DNA of 64,000 nt from Okamejei kenojei (lineage: Eukaryota). Both the position numbers and the translations under genes were made by a program. The stretch is taken from the NCBI GenBank assembly GCA_035221665.1, contig CM069147.1, forward strand, positions 25,482,001 to 25,546,000. Reading direction: 5' to 3'. The stretch's first letter is position 1; each line of letters begins with the position of its first letter. The notes beneath the pieces are model-generated. The model worked only from the letters and a program-made list of their open reading frames with translations, searched no databases and was not told the DNA's origin. Positions 1 to 13,100 of the stretch are shown here, one piece after another.

Positions 1-55
1 ATGTTTTGTTCGATCTTCTCTAGCGTAAAACTGTTTATTAACCTGTTCTCATTAC

Positions 56-560
56 ATAGTCATGGAAATAGGCAATTCTGATCAGATTCCCCATGTCAAG
101 ATGCCACTAATCTAAACTAATTCCATTCGTCTGCCTATGGCCAATATCTCATTAAACTTTGCTAACCAAGCATATTCCAAATATATTTTAAATCTAGTGA
201 TTGTACTTGCCTCAACAAGTCTCTCAACGTTGTCCATCAGGTTCCTTACAAATCTCTCACCTCTCACCTTCAACCTATGTCCTCTATCTCTTGATCTCCG
301 CCCCTTGAAAACAAATAGTATCTGTGGACTTATCCTATCATTTCACCTCTTTGATGTTATGCATTCTGTAAGATGACACCTCAGGCCCCTGCAATGCAAG
401 GAGTAAAGCCCTAGCCTGTACGACCCCTCTCTCTACCTGAGGCGCTTGACTCCTAGCAACATTTTCGGAAATTTTCTCTACACTCTTTCTAGCTTAATGA
501 CAGGATAAACAAAATCGAACACAATCGAACTCAAAATGCAGCCTCGCCAACATACAATTA
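56..560 (-). mobile_element. Degenerate CR1-type LINE 3' fragment
   Basis: Antisense similarity to the 3' ends of the CR1 copies at 9500-10170 and 55700-56360. Boundaries approximate. Confidence 0.6.
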
Positions 561-1261
561 TACATAATTATACTTAAGTTATACATAACATCTGCTGGGC
601 AATGGAATTAATAAAGAAACGTGGCAGACAACAAGAAATTAATGCAAAATACAATTCTAAAAAACAAGCTCATAGTTGTGCCATCGTGTTTTATTGTTGT
701 GGTAGAATTAGGATTGAGCAGTCTACTTCAAGAACCTTTTGGTTGTTGGAAACTGGCTATTCCTGAACCTGGCGGCGTGGGGTTTTAGGCCTCTGCGCTT
801 CCTGCAGGATAGTAGAGGCGTGAGACGGCATGTCCCTTATGGTTGGGTGCCTGGACGAAAGATGCCACCATCTTGAGGAATTGCCTAATGTTGATGATTT
901 AAAATTGTGAGGATAGTGGTGATGGTTAAGTGCAGAGAACAGGTTGATGACCAGTATGGAGAAGATTGGCCAAATAGCCTATTTCTTTCCCGAAAATTCA
1001 ATTACTCTCGACAAGAAGCAACCTAAATATAATTTTCACAGTGGTAAATGGCTCGAAGCTGAAACATCTTATAATTTCTTAGTCCCGAAATGCTGAATAA
1101 ATTTGAAGATAAAAGGAATTAAACAAGATGAAAACAAGCTGATCAGGGATAATTTACCAATAAATTATTCGAGAGCTGAGAGAGGATATTTATTTTCAAT
1201 TCAGTGTTACGGAATGCATTGTATTTATTTATGGATCCATGCATAAATAAATGCTTTATTT

Positions 1262-1800
1262 TAATTTAGTTTTTTGTCACGTGTACCGAGGTACAGTGAA
1301 AATCTTTTCTATCGTGGGCGATCCAATCAGCGAAAAGACTGTACATGATTACATTCAAGCCGCCCACAGTGTACAAATACAGGATAAAGGGAGTACAGTT
1401 TAGCAAAAGTCCAGTAAAGCACGATTAAAAATAGTCCGAAGGTCACCAATGAGGCAGATAGTAGCACAAGACTGCTCGGTAGTTGGTGATAGGATGGTCC
1501 AGTTGCTAATAACAGCTGGGAAGAAACTGTCACTGAATCTGGATTGTGCGTTTTCATACTTCTGTAATCCCCTTGCCTGATGGGAGTGAGGAGAAGAGGG
1601 GTGCCCGGGTTGAGACCCATCATTGATTATGCTGGTGGCTTTGCGAGGCAGCGTGAAATGTGGATGGTGTCAATGGCCGTTTGCGCGACGGTCTGGGCTG
1701 CTCCACAATTCTCTGCAATTTCTTGCGGTCTGGGATGGAGCTATTTCCAAACCAGCTGTGATACATCCCGATACGATGCTTTCTACGGTGCATCTGTTCA
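1262..1800 (-). mobile_element. LINE 3' fragment, Rex1/Babar- or L2-like; related pieces at ~720-900 and ~6305-6590
   Basis: Shared head 'tcacgtgtaccgag...cagtgaaa' with 6339-6363; antisense similarity to 49860-49975 (gaaattgcag...ttgtgga...cagccca). Confidence 0.55.
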
Positions 1801-2304
1801 GTTTTCTTGAAGACTACAGGCAGGATAGATATACAAAGTATTTTTCTTAATATAGTGGATAATATTTTTAACTGAGGAGCATATGCTTCAGGTGTAATAG
1901 AGTGGGATAATTATGTACGCACAATGTGGTGACTACCATGGACAACCTGGCAAGGAGTTGTGGCAGACATAAACACAGTCTTTAGCCTGCATTCCCACAA
2001 GCACTTAGATAGTATAAAAGTAGATAGATAAGGGTATTTTGTGGTTAGCTAGGCATTGCGACGAAATACATTTATTGTGCTGAACAGCTACATGATTCTA
2101 CGATTGTCTGATAATTAACCATATTTCGGTCGACGCTAACGGGGGTAACATTTATCAGTGTAGAACATCTCTCATTAAAATCCCCTGCTCACTGCTGATT
2201 CTCTCTTAAATGCTAATGTATCTGTGCGATCTGTGACACAATGTTAGTCAGGTTTATGTAATTGTAATTGCATGAACGTTAATGAACGTTTGATGATTTC
2301 GCTG

Positions 2305-2427
2305 CTATTTTAAAGTCTTGATTCCTGCATATTCTATTACATCATTCTTCGCCGTTCTTGGATCTTTCGGAGAAGCGTGGAGATCCAGAGTCGTAAAGGT
2401 CAATTTATTTTCAGACACCTCTTTGAC
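2305..2427 (-). CDS. Gene B terminal cytoplasmic exon: VKEVSENKLTFTTLDLHASPKDPRTAKNDVIEYAGIKTLK*
   Basis: Acceptor ttttttcgatag|GTC, phase 0, open to TAG. Contains IEYAGI (ITIM-like) and LTFTTL (ITIM position with Phe). Aligns with the last exon of gene A. Confidence 0.85.
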   Translation of the reverse strand, partial: VKEVSENKLTFTTLDLHASPKDPRTAKNDVIEYAGIKTLK

Positions 2428-2524
2428 CTATCGAAAAAATAATCAGAGATCATGAGCTGCCGATTCGCCTATATGGGCGCCGTACACGAATTTTCCTTGG
2501 AGCACCTTTCCACTTATATCTTAC

Positions 2525-2611
2525 CTGGGCATAGAGGGTTTGTTTTTCGTGCTGTCTGTTTTTCTCAGTTTTCTTCTGTCCGCTGAAGTTCAAATCTGTG
2601 TACGTTGGATT
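2525..2611 (-). CDS. Gene B cytoplasmic exon: NPTYTDLNFSGQKKTEKNRQHEKQTLYAQ
   Basis: Acceptor gttccctcag|AAT, donor CAG|gtaaga, 87 nt, phase 0-0. Motifs PTYTDL and TLYAQ|V are 23 residues apart, as in gene A exon 6. Confidence 0.85.
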
Positions 2612-3372
2612 CTGAGGGAACATTTATTTGAAAGGAAATAAACACCGCATTTACAAACAACTGCGAAGGCGAGCAAACATAAAACAATCGGGTGAAAGTT
2701 GGCTACATATGGCTACTTCCCTGTGATAATATTCCTAAAAAGTAATTGAAGCAACTCGTATCTAATTGTTTAATTTTCCTGAATAATTAGTGAACTATTA
2801 GCCAAATCGTGAAACGCATGGCGCAGAACACTGACCAGAAGTTTGTTGGATGATAACTTCGGGAAAATATGCAGGTGGCGCGATTTCTGGGCTCAGACAT
2901 GTTAGCAATAATTTCCGTCATATATCAGTACGAGCTACTGCACAAACAATATGTCGTGTGAGTTTCGGATTGGAACAGGATGGGCCTCTGTTATGCTGCT
3001 TCGCGGAGTTTTTAGTTCGCTTGACACAGATGGATTAGACATGAACTCAAGGTAGCCAAAAATGTCGGAGTAACTCAGCGGGTGAGGCAGCATCTATAGA
3101 GAGAAGGAATAGGCGACGTTTCGGGTCGAGACTCTTCAGTCTCAAACTACATTCTATGTTTCTGTGTAACTGTTTATGAGAAAGATACGCCAGCGCACGT
3201 CGCTGCCGATCATGGACTATATCATATGAATACGAGAGGACAAGGAAAATTGCAAAAGTGGCACAAAGAGAGTTCCACGAAAAATGCAATCATCCTGTTC
3301 GCCAATCAATGTGATTATAATTACGGGTGTCCATTTGCAGAACATGATACGCCAGGTTATATCTTGTAATAC

Positions 3373-3431
3373 CATCAAGAAATGTTCTTGTTTTTCAAAG
3401 TAGTGGGTTATGTCCTCAATATTTTCTGGGG
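3373..3431 (-). CDS. Candidate gene B short phase 1-0 exon: (A)PENIEDITHYFEKQEHFLM
   Basis: Acceptor tttatgttctctgctag|, donor ATG|gtatta. The phase matches gene A exon 5, but there is no sequence similarity to confirm it. Confidence 0.35.
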
Positions 3432-5644
3432 CTAGCAGAGAACATAAACGACCAAATTTAATTATGAACATGTCACAACCTGCCGGCAGATAGTCAGTTG
3501 AGAATCTAGTTGTGGCCAGATTCGTTCGGCTGCAGAATGTGATCATTGCGGTCATGCTATTCTTGTTATTTGAACAAATCCTCTCCTCGTTAGTCCTATT
3601 GCTGAGGAAAAACACGCGGGAAAGTTTTAAACCTCTGGTTTGAGAACGCATTCCTGTGATAACTTCCCTTATTTAAACAACCCGGCCGTTGCAGCATTTC
3701 ACTTAGTGTTAACAGCTTGTATTACAAACGAAGACGATGCTTTTACAGACAACGGCTTAAACGGGTTAAAATGTTGTTATCCACATAATGCTACGGCCGG
3801 AGAAAAAGGCCATGTGGTTTAAATCGTTACATGAGCTCACTCGTTGCTCCTTCAATTCAACATAGCTATTTTCGGAGAAAGCACGAAGTGTTGTAGTCAT
3901 TCAGCGGGTGCTATTATTTCATATAAAAAGCCCGCGTACCCGCACAGTTATCTCCAGCGCATTTCCTCCGACTCAGCCAGGTGAACGGCGTCCATTACCT
4001 ATATGTATTTTCTGAGACATTGTTTGACATTTTCTGATAATCGCACATTCTTTATTGCTGATTCTATCAGCACCCTTTACCTCAAAATATTTGCCTCCAT
4101 CATAGTTTGGTCCTCAACCATGCATGCTCAATTTATCAGTCTGCTGCTCTGAAATCTTGTTCCGACACACACCTAGAACAAGAAGAGCTTTCTCCTGGTC
4201 CATAAGGTCATTAGGACATAAGTAATAGGAGTAGAATTAAGCCATTCGGTCCATCAAGTCAACTCCGCCATTCAATCATGGCTGAACTATCTCTCCCTCC
4301 GAACCCCATTCTCCTTCCTTTTCTCCTTAACCTCTGGCACATGTACTCATCGAAAATCTATTTATCTCTGCCTTTAAAATAGTCACTGACGGCCTCCACA
4401 GCCTTCTGTACCAAATCATTGCACAGATTCACCGATAATCTGTAAGTAATTTAAGTAATTTTAAGTGCTGCAGAATTAGTCAAGAGTTCGAAAAAAATCC
4501 CATTATTTCAATTGGTAACCTGAAACTCTCAGACCAATAAAAAATTGAGTGCCATTTAGCAAGTCCGAGGTAGAGAAACATTCAGTGGGATGATTTAACA
4601 GGCCTTGTGTTCATTGAGAAGGGCAATCACCAACTTTGGATCAACAGCGACACATCTAGTAGAGTTACTGTTTCACAACACCAGAGATCCAGGTTCAATT
4701 CTAACTTGGGCCCTGTCTATGTGGAGTTTGCATCTCCCTGTAATCATGTGGGGTTTCTCCTGGTGCTCCAGGGTTCTCTGTGGCAGCAATCGAGACTATA
4801 GGATAGGTCTTGGGGGATAGGATTAGAATTAGGCCATTCGACCTATCATAATTACCCGTCATTCAATCGTGGCTGATCTATCTCTCCCTTCTAACCCCAT
4901 ACTACTGCCTTCTCCTCATAGCGTCTGACGCCTGTACTAACCAAGAATCTATCTATCTCTGCCTAAAAAATATCCAATGACGGCCTCCACGGCCTTTTTT
5001 AAGATTTACTTCTGAGCCTATGACCTCTAGTCCTATACTCTCCCGCTGGTGGAAACATCCTCTCCACGCGCACTCACAACCCTTTCACTAGTCTGTATGC
5101 TTCAATGTGCTCCCCCTTCATTCTTCTAAACACCAGAGATCAAACGCTCATCATAGGTTAACCTACTAATTCCTGGAATTATTCTTGTATATCTTCCATC
5201 CTACTACCCTCTGTCCTACGGAATCATGCTATGTATTTTAAGCGGCCATCGGGGTTATGGCACCAGCTGACAGCTGATCTCCCTCCATTTTATTTTATCG
5301 CAAAGACATTATTTCACCACAAACCATCTTCACTCTCCTGTATCCGCGAACACCTAGTTGCCTTGTCACCATCCCTTCGCATTCAGCGATAGATAATATA
5401 ATGTTTGCCATTTCAAAAATGTTCATTACCACCGTCCGGGGACCTGCGCACTCCCGCCAGAGTTGACCTTTTCCGATTTCAATTACTGGAAGGATGTTTC
5501 AATTACTATATTCGGTGAGGTCTATTTTACTTGGGAAATATCAAATGCAAACTGGCGTAAGTTTTGCGTGGGAATTCATGAAATGCCTTGACATAAAAAA
5601 CAGTGATATATCTCAGGACGTTATTGAAGGGATAAACCTCATAC

Positions 5645-5926
5645 CGATTCCAGGAAATCTGTGAGTTTCAATGGTCGGAAACAGGAGGGTGACGTGAAAC
5701 ACGTGGCAACTATAAACAGATCGGCTATCTACTGCATGCAGGAAGCTGGAAGCAAGGTATAATCCCTCGTCGTTCCGTATTTTAGTGGTATTTATTCCAG
5801 AAATGATTGCTTGGTCATCTTTATACCAGGTAAGTTCGCAGTTCTCCGGGAAAAACGGAGCAGTTGTGCAGTTTAGGGCCAAGGAAGGAGTGTTCATCTG
5901 TTTAATCTTCAAAGGCGTCGGCGGCA
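5645..5926 (-). CDS. Gene B Ig C1-set domain exon
   Basis: Acceptor ttgtctacag|TG, donor G|gtatga, 282 nt, phase 1-1. VPPTPLKI...LNCTTAPFFPENCELTWYK...EGLYLASSFL...VYSCHVFH carries the C1 hallmarks CxxxxF[FY]P, W and YxCxVxH, and resembles gene A C1 (VPSPLKI...CRTAAFYP). Confidence 0.9.
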
Positions 5927-7613
5927 CTGTAGACAATATAAGACAAATAAGTTAGTACCCCTATATGTTTATTTAGAAGACAACAAAATCGCTTTCGAAA
6001 TGGATAATACCATACATTCTTGGGCGTTCCTTAAATAGTAAAGTATTTCAGCTACGTTGTTGGAAACATATAGTACAATAAACCGTCGTTATAACGCAGT
6101 GGGACAGAACCACTTTATCTGATGTCACCACCTATCACTTTCCCAAACGCATTCATTCAGTCCATGCGACGAATGGAGAAACTATCCGCATGGACGGTTG
6201 AGTCTGGGTGAGCCAAGCCTCTGTGAAATATAGCACAGAGCATTCGGTCATCCCTCTTTGATAAAGCTACCTGCCTCCGAGATTTCCTTGTCATGGGGTG
6301 ATTCTATTTTTTTTGTGCTACACAGTTTTAATTTATTATCACGTGTACCGAGCCACAGCGAAATGCTTTTTGTTGTGTGTTATTCAATCAGCGAAAATAC
6401 TACACATGATTACACTCAAGCCGTCCACATTGTACAGATTCAGGATTTCTGGAGTACGTTTAGCTCAAAATAAAGTCCAGTAAAGTCCGATAAAAAGATA
6501 GTTTGAGAATCTCCAGGAAGGGTAGATGGCAGGACTTGATCTCTCTCTGGTTGGTGACAGGATGGTTTTGGGTACCTGCTGGGAAAACAACGTTGCTACA
6601 CCAGACAAAGCAGAGTTCAAGGTGGTACAATCAAATGGAAAATTGCGTTAATTAAATCCTAAATTTAGTTATTTTTGTATCTTATGTAAAATATTCTGAA
6701 AGAGAGAAGCAGGTTTATGTATACGTGAGTCTTGTGATGGACAACGTGCAGAATAATTTGCACGTTTGACATAATGTGCAGTCTCTAGTGTTGCACGGAA
6801 AATAAATAAAGTTTTGAGCGAAAAGGGCAGTTTTAGGAGCACCAATAAACAATACTGGGAAACCGTGGGAAGATCCGAACAAGTTTGAAAAGGTTCTGTA
6901 TTTAAGATGAACTTTTAAAAGTAGTCTGATGAATTTTAATAGGATAAACGACAAAGACACCTTAGTTTTAGTGTACATAATAAAGGTAAAAAGGGAACAC
7001 GGGTGGCAGGCAGCGGGGTGGGGGTGGGGAGGGGGGCAGTTAATTTAGAATGTGGTGATGCGAGTTTACAGTTGTGTCTTACAATGGAATATATCTAGAG
7101 ACGTCGAGCATCGATGAAACCAAAACATCACATTAAAAGTGTGTATCAACAGAGGAATAGCATGTAAAGACCTATATGAAGACTGGTGGATGACTAATAT
7201 TGTGGCTATATTTGAGAAGGGCTGCAAGAAAAATCCTGGGAACTGTAAACCAGTCGGTGGTAGGAAGGCCACTGGAAAGGATTCAGAGGGTAAAATATGT
7301 ATGCATTTGATTAAAAATGAGCTGATCGAGAAGGGGGGGGGGGTGATTTAATAGAATGAAATGTTTAGCAACAGCCATTACTTAACACCAAATAGGACAC
7401 CATCTATAAAGACAAAGGAGCGTCACCATTATGCCCCCGTCCACGTAACAAAAGCATTATCTCCACATCGGTGAGTAAATCGTTGATCTCCATCCCAAAC
7501 TGATCTAAGCAAATGCTCTCACCAGAGAATTTCCGGGGATCTTTCACAAGTAGTGATCGGAAATGTGCTGGAAGCAGAGCTAATCAGACCGTGAAAAATA
7601 AATTCAATAAACA

Positions 7614-10187
7614 CTTTTAGGGGTGTACTATAGACCGCCAAATGGGGAGCGAGAATTGGAAGAGCAAATATGTAAGGAGATAGCAGATATTAGTAGTAAG
7701 CACAAGATAGTGATTGTGGTAGATTTCAATTTACCAAAAATAGACTGGGAAACACATTCTGTAAATGGGCTGGATGGTTTGGAGTTTGTAAAATGTGTGC
7801 AGGGTAGTTTTTTTGCAGCAGGTATCGACCAGAGAAGGGGCAGTGCAGGACCTCCTGTTAGGAAATGAGGCAGGACAGGTGACGGAGGTATGCGTTGGTG
7901 AGCACTTCGGGACCAGTGATCACAATACCATTAGTTTCAATATAATTATAGAGCGAGTCAGAACTGGACCTAGAGTGGAGATTTTTGATTGGACAAAGGC
8001 TAACTTTGAGGGAATGCGTAAGGATTTTAAAGGAGTGAATTGGGACACTTTGTTTCATGGGAAGGATGTAGAAGAGAAATGGAGGACATTTAAAGGGGAA
8101 ATTGTAAGAGTACAGAATCTTTATGTCCCTGTTAGGTTGAAAGGAAATAGTAAACATTGGAAAGAGCCATGGTTTTCAAGGGAAATTGAACACTTGTTTC
8201 GAAAAAAGAGAGATATCTACAATAATTATAGGAGGCATGGAGTAAATGAGGTGCTAGAGGAGTATAAGGAATGTAAAAAGAATCTTAAGAAATAAATTAG
8301 GAAGGCTAAAAGAAGATATGAGATTGCTTTGGCCAGAAAGGTGAAAGTAAATCCAAAGGGTTTCTACAGCTATATTAATAGCAAAAGGATAACGAGGGAT
8401 AAAATTGGACCATTAGAGAACCAGAATGGACAGCTATCTGCAGAGCCAAAAGAGATGGGGGAGATATTGAACAATTTCTTTTCTTCGGTATTCACCAAGG
8501 AGAAGGATATTGAACTCTGTGAGGTAAGGGAAAAAAGTAGAGTAGCTATGGAAACTATGAGATTCAAAGAGGAGGAAGTACTGACACTTTTGAAAAATAT
8601 AAAAGTGGACAAGTCTCCAGGTCCTGACAGGATATTCCCTAGGACATTGAGGGAAGTTAGTGTAGAAATAGCAGGAGCTATGACAGAAATATTTCAAATG
8701 TCATTAGAAACGGGAATAGTGCCGGAGGATTGGCGTACTGCGCATGTTGTTCCATTGTTTAAAAAGGGTTCAAAGAATAAACCTAGCAATTATAGACCTA
8801 TTAGTTTGACGTCAGTGGTGGGCAAATTAATGGAAAGGATACTTAGAGATAATAAATATAAGGATCTGGATAAACAGGGTCTGATCAGGAACAGTCAACA
8901 TGGATTTGTGCCTGGAAGGTCATGTTTGACAAACCTTCTTGAATTTTTTTGAAGCGGTAACTAGGGAAATTGATGAGGGTAAAGCAGTGGATGTTGTCTA
9001 TATGAATTTCAGTAAGGCCTTTGACAAGGTTCCCCATGGAAGGTTGGTTCAGAAGGTTCAACCTTTGGGTGTTAATGGCGGAGTGGCAAGATGGATTCAA
9101 CAGTAGCTGAATGGGAGATGTCAGAGAGTAATGGTGGATGGCTGTTTGTCAGGTTGGAAGCCGGTGACCAGTGGGGTGCCTCAGGGATCTGTGTTGGGTC
9201 CACTGTTGTTTGTCATGTACATCAATGATCTGGATAATGGGGTGGAAAATTGGATAAGTAAGTATGCAGATGATACTAAGATAGGTGGTGTTGTGGATAA
9301 TGAAGTAGATTTTCAAAGTCTACAGAGAGATTTGGGCCATTTGGAAAAGTGGGCTGAAAGATGGCAGATGGAGTTTAATGCTGATAAGTGTGAAGTGCTA
9401 CTTCTTGGCAGGACAAATCAAAATAGGATGTACATGGTAAATGGTAGGGAATTGAGGAATGCTTGTGGAACAGAGGGATCTATGAATAACTGTGCGTAGT
9501 TCCCTGAAGGTGGAATCGCATGTAGATAGGGTGGTAAAGAAAGCCTTTGGTGTGCTGGCCTTTATAAATCAGAGCATTGAATATAGGAGTAGGGAAGTAA
9601 TGTTAAAATTGTACAAGGCATTGGTAAGACCAATTCTGGAGTATGGTGTACAATTTTGGTCGCCTAATTATAGGAAGGATGTCAACAAAATAGAGAGAGT
9701 ACAGAGGAGATTTACTAGAATGTTGCCAGGGTTCCAGCAACTATGTTACAGAGAAAGGTTGAACAAGTTAGGTCTTTATTCTTTGGAGCGCAGAAGGTTA
9801 AGGGGGGACTTGATTGAGGTCTTTAAAATGATGAAAGGGATAGAAAGAGTTGACGTGGATATGCTTTTCCCATTGAGGGTAGGGAAGATTCAAACAAGAG
9901 GGCATGACATGAGAATTAAGGGACAGAAGTTTAGGGGTAACGTGAGGGGGAACTTCTTTACTCAGAGGGTGGTGGCTGTGTGGAATGAGCTTCCAGCAGA
10001 AGTGGTGGAGGCAGGATCGATTTTAACATTAAAAGTAAAGTGGATAGGTATATGGACGTGAAGGGAATGGAGGGGTATGGTCTGAGTGCAGGTAGATGGG
10101 ACTAGGGGAAAACAAATGGTCGGCACGGACTGGAAGGGCCGAGAGGGCCTGTTTCCGTGCTGTAATTGTTATATGGTTATATGGTTA
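7614..10187 (+). mobile_element. CR1 LINE, 5'-truncated, disabled ORF2 (endonuclease + RT)
   Basis: ORFs 7623-10061 give VDFNLPKIDW, SDHN, KSPGPD, NYRPISLTS, GVPQGSVLGP and YADD, broken by stops and frameshifts. (GTTATATG)n-type tail. Confidence 0.95.
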
Positions 10188-13100
10188 CCTGGTGGAAAGC
10201 AATTTAAGCGTTCCAAGAAAGAAAGGGTGCATGGGACTGACAATTTCGCTTTTCTGGTGGCGGGGCACATTCATTGATCTCTCCACTGCGACGCAAACTT
10301 CTTTCCCTCGGTTATTGTAATTTAATGTAGTGAAATGTTTCGTTTACAAGGACTTGATTCCACTACTCTGGATAAAAGGCTATGCATATTACCGATTTAT
10401 TCCGGTCATGATCAGATGCCCCTCAATAAGTTCACCCCTTACACGCCTGCGCTGCAAAGAATAAAGTCCTGGCCTACTTAGGCTCTCCCTATAGCTCAGA
10501 CCCTCGCGTGGTGGCAACATCCTCGTAAATCTGCTCTATACCCTTCCAGCTTAACTACATCATGCGCAGTTGGAGAGTCAGATACAATTGGGGCATCCTA
10601 GATATTTTTAAATATTCAAAAAGATGGTATGAAATGATATGTCTCACACAGAGCGGAGATTTGTTTAGTTTGGCACCATAATTTGCACTGGAATTGTGGG
10701 CCGAAGGGCCTATTCATGTTCTATGTTTAGGAGCTGTTGAATTGATTTTTGAGCAGTTATAAGTTTCGAAAAAGATGGGGTGCTTTAGGTAATTGTCGTG
10801 TTCGCAATACATGTCACGGCACTTAAACTGGACAAGGTATGGTAGCGTGTCTGTGTGTATTCAGTTGTTGTTGATATGGGATTGAAATGTGCGGTGGGAA
10901 GACCGTACTCAGTTGGGTGAATCTTTCTGGCATATTTCCACCCAGAAATCGAGTATGACGCTGACGTGCCATTCGTATTGAAGCTTCTGTTCTCCCACTC
11001 GACGCTCTGCTGAGTTCCAATGAAACTCACCAGACGTAAATTGACGGATAACGTTTTGATTTATATTCTCAATTTGCAATTTAATCATTTGAATTCTGGT
11101 ACTACTTTTATCTCCTTTGTTTACATATTTTGTGACGTTGCATTATTCTCAGATGTTCCCCTGTTTATAATGTAATATTTTTTTGTCTTCCATCCATACT
11201 AATACGCCACCACGCACCCCACCTAGTCTTCCCTGCTATACCTCTGAATTTATTCAACAATTTTCATCATGAACTTTTGTTAGTTCCGCTATAACGTTCT
11301 CGGCGGAAGCAAATTTCTGTAGTTGCAGATATGTTGTGACTCGTATTTTATCATTCATTTTCTTGCAAACTATGATTCCCTAAAATAACGGTAGAATAGT
11401 CTTATACACAAGTTTGCGGTTAGAATATTTCATGCTCACTATTCACCAAATGTTTCTTCTAACAACATACGTTTTGTTAACATTTACTAGTTGGACTAGA
11501 AATAGCTACACACATGATCAAACATGGATATTCTGCAACAAAGAGCTCAATTCGCGACCCCCCAAGAATGCTCCATCATCTGGATATCACCGGTCTCGAC
11601 TCGAACGTAATGTTTTTATGACTAAACGACTGCAGAATATGATGGTTTATCTTTAATTGACTATTATCTGCAATCTTCATCTATACTCCTTTCGCTGGAT
11701 GCAGTTGAGGGCTCGCCTCGAAAATTAACACTACACATAAAAATGATAACTAAATGGTATGAAATTAAAGAAATTGATTGTCCAAAGATCTCATAGTCCA
11801 ACAATCACGAGAACTCAATTACTTAAATCGTTAGAGCAAATCGTCTAGTACTTGAGACCACCATGCTTGTGATTCGAAACATCAAGTAAGTCCGTTTATT
11901 GCTTTTGGACTTTCCTTTCTGCCTTTCATAAATAGAACTCTGTCGCAGATCCCTTCCGACATTGTTCTTTGTCATCCTTATTTTTGACCGTATTGTGATT
12001 CGAACATCAATACATTTTCACCTTTCACTGTACCTTAGACTCACCGTGCAGCAATACCGCGTGGCCCGAATGGTTCCGTTTCGGTTTGACGTCATAGCGC
12101 TGAGAAGCACATTCAATGTCACGGAGGACACAGACGTTGCAGATATTATCTAGAGAAATTGCACATTTTGTGTATCATGGAAAGTTTTGATTAGATGCAG
12201 CTTCGCTCATGTCACAAACCCGGTTAACTTTTACATATGATTTATATGATTTGCCCAATGGAAAGTAGAATATCAAAGTAACGCAACGAGAAATACATCA
12301 ATAGGAGTCGTGGAATGTGTCGAAAGGAAATGCCACGCCAGTCAAATCTACGCGCGTTAAGATACTGCAGCAGTTAGAATGGGAGAAGAAAACCAACGCG
12401 TAGAACAAATAATCATATACTGTACATTATCTCTGCCGTGGGAAAAGGACAAATAATGCTTATGGATATGCCGTTGAATAAAGGACGGGCACAGGGGATA
12501 AAGGAAAATAAACACTTTCAAATCCTAAATGTTGCTAAATAATTTAGAATTTAGAGAATATAGAAACAGTCGCATCGGAGCACCTAATCCGCACCAACCA
12601 TCGATCTTCCCTTCACACCAGTTCCATGTTATCTCACTTTCTCACCCACTACCTGCACGTTAAGGGCAAATTTCAGCAGCCAACAAAGCAGCAAGTCTTT
12701 GGGATGTAGGAAGAAATCAGAGCACACGTAGAACATCCATGTGGTTACAAGGTGAACTTGCAAATTCCACACAGACAGCACCGAACGAGGTTAGGATCGA
12801 ACGAGGATCTCCGCCAATGTGAGCCAGCATCTCGACCAGTTACCAACATTGAAGAGGTTTATGCGCCCAAGCATTGATGAATTACAATAAGCTGGTCTTC
12901 TATGTTGTTTAAGAAGGAACTGCAGATGCTGGAAAATCGAAGGTAGACAAAAGTGCTGGAGAAACTCAGCGGGTGCAGCAGCATCTATGGAGCGAATGGA
13001 ATAGGCAACGTTTCGGACCGAAACCCTTCTTCGGTCTTCTATGTTCACAGATTTGTAGAATTGTGAGATATATATATTGGATATGATCCTCCGATGTTCT

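Noticed and set aside
3536-3622. TM-like stretch NVIIAVMLFLLFEQILSSLVLLLRK on the + strand
   Set aside because: Wrong strand for gene B and no supporting + strand gene structure; probably chance.
5645-5926. C1 exon as MHC alpha-3 or beta-2 microglobulin
   Set aside because: No peptide-binding-domain exons seen; it most resembles gene A C1 and is linked to ITIM exons.
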